Assembly: GCA_036172245.1 (NCBI GenBank)
Contig: JAYWIR010000024.1
Span: 2,728,001 to 2,792,000 of the forward strand
Reading direction: 5' to 3'
DNA: 64,000 bases
Source: Raillietiella orientalis
Taxonomy: Eukaryota
Notes under the pieces: model-generated
Databases searched by the model: none
Seen by the model: only the letters and a program-made list of their open reading frames with translations
What the model was told of the DNA's origin: nothing
Shown here: positions 63,001 through 64,000 of the stretch, piece by piece
Layout: every line of letters starts with the position of its first letter
Position numbering within the stretch: the stretch's first letter is position 1
Program-made: the position numbers and the translations under genes

Positions 63001-64000
63001 GTGGACCTGGCACAGCGTGGAACGTTCCAGATCCTTGAGAATATGCAGAAGACACCAGGGAGTTTTCTGTGATCCACCCTAACCCCTTCTTAAAGAGACG
63101 AGCTTTTTCGTTTTTCGTTTTTATTTATTCGTTTTCTTCTTTTCGACTTCCACTTTTTTCCCTGGTTGGACCTCGCGACGAGAGCAAGCTGCTCGCTGTA
63201 ACTGGCGCAAGCGGGCGACAGAACACCCACGCGTGTTCCTCCATGAGCGACGCAGTTGTGCGGGGCAGGTGACACGCACTTCGCCCGCGGAAGTGGACGC
63301 AGAGAGGATAGAAGGAAGTCCTTAGCGCTTTGCTGCATTCATCATCAGAATGGGGACTCCCGTGACTCCTCTCCAGGAGGGCCAATGTCTGGAACGATGC
63401 TTGCATCTGCATCCGTTCAGAGAACCAGTTCGGTCCCGCATCCCGGTGAGGAGGAACCAGGTACTTCAGTCGCTCCCATGGATCTGGAGAACCCCCACAG
63501 GGTTTGCTGCATCGGGCTGATGACCGACAGCGCACCGACACTTTCAGGGACAAACAAAAAGGAAGGACACGAAAAGAGGCTAGGCAGAGGTGCTTCCCCT
63601 CGTGGGACGAAAGTTCGCTGTCAGGAAAGGGGGCTGATGGATCAGCCCGGGGAGAACGAACCCATGGGTACTCCAGGTAAGTAAGGGAAGCTGCCACGGA
63701 GGAATAGACCGAATGCCACCGATTTTCGACCCCTGACCCGGGAGCCGGCACCCTTGCGCGCGAATTCGAAAACGTCCAGGGCGAGGCTGCAGTTGTGTCC
63801 TCAGGCAGTGGAAGAAGCAATCTGTCGGCACGGGAGAGTCTCTCCTGGAGTGTCATCGGGGCTCGACAGGAGGCAGGCTGGAGTGAGCCGGTGAGAGTGC
63901 AGTTCAAGTGCGAGGGAAAGGATGAAGGGCTCAAACCGCCTCCCTGTCGAATCTTTCCTGTGACCTCAATGCCCCCGGCTAGAGGGGCATCGAAGTAGAT
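57084..64000 (-). mobile_element. Near-full-length decayed L1/Tx1-like non-LTR retrotransposon (or a chain of same-strand fragments)
   Basis: Collinear on the minus strand: ORF1-like PLCVHFRGRSACH (~63290), the ORF1-side repeat shared with 2050-2260 (62260-62500), RT-like LVHDML…LLSAHVDMKLDKKVGNWE…LFRF (59608-60075), a 300-codon open ORF2 C-terminus with CCHC finger CVRCGEREYLPHLLVEC (57298-58200), then a 3' UTR, AATAAA and a short A tail. Confidence 0.75.
59638..59679. repeat. Interrupted (TG)n microsatellite
   Basis: Direct reading. Confidence 0.85.

Noticed and set aside
1..64000. Prokaryotic systems (CRISPR arrays, operons, rRNA)
   Set aside because: No repeat-spacer array or gene-dense organisation seen. 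Spliceosomal introns and microsatellites indicate an animal nuclear genome.

Overview
Eukaryotic (animal, probably arthropod or chelicerate-like; inference) GC-rich genomic window. One spliced + strand protein-coding gene spans about 6477-50128. Its N-terminus is a well-conserved SAMD5-type SAM domain, and its later exons read as SASH1/SLy-family (Drosophila SKIP-like) sequence ending in a degenerate SH3 and a degenerate second SAM. The introns and flanks are largely filled with decayed L1/Tx1-type non-LTR retrotransposons. The better-preserved copies share a covarying, structured 3' tail. One insertion has an inverted, twin-priming-like structure. A Tigger/pogo-like MITE sits in the exact centre of a larger palindrome, and there are several isolated perfect hairpins. 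Most long ORFs in the track are GC-rich noise. All homology calls come from motifs recalled from memory, not database searches, and the boundaries of decayed elements are approximate.
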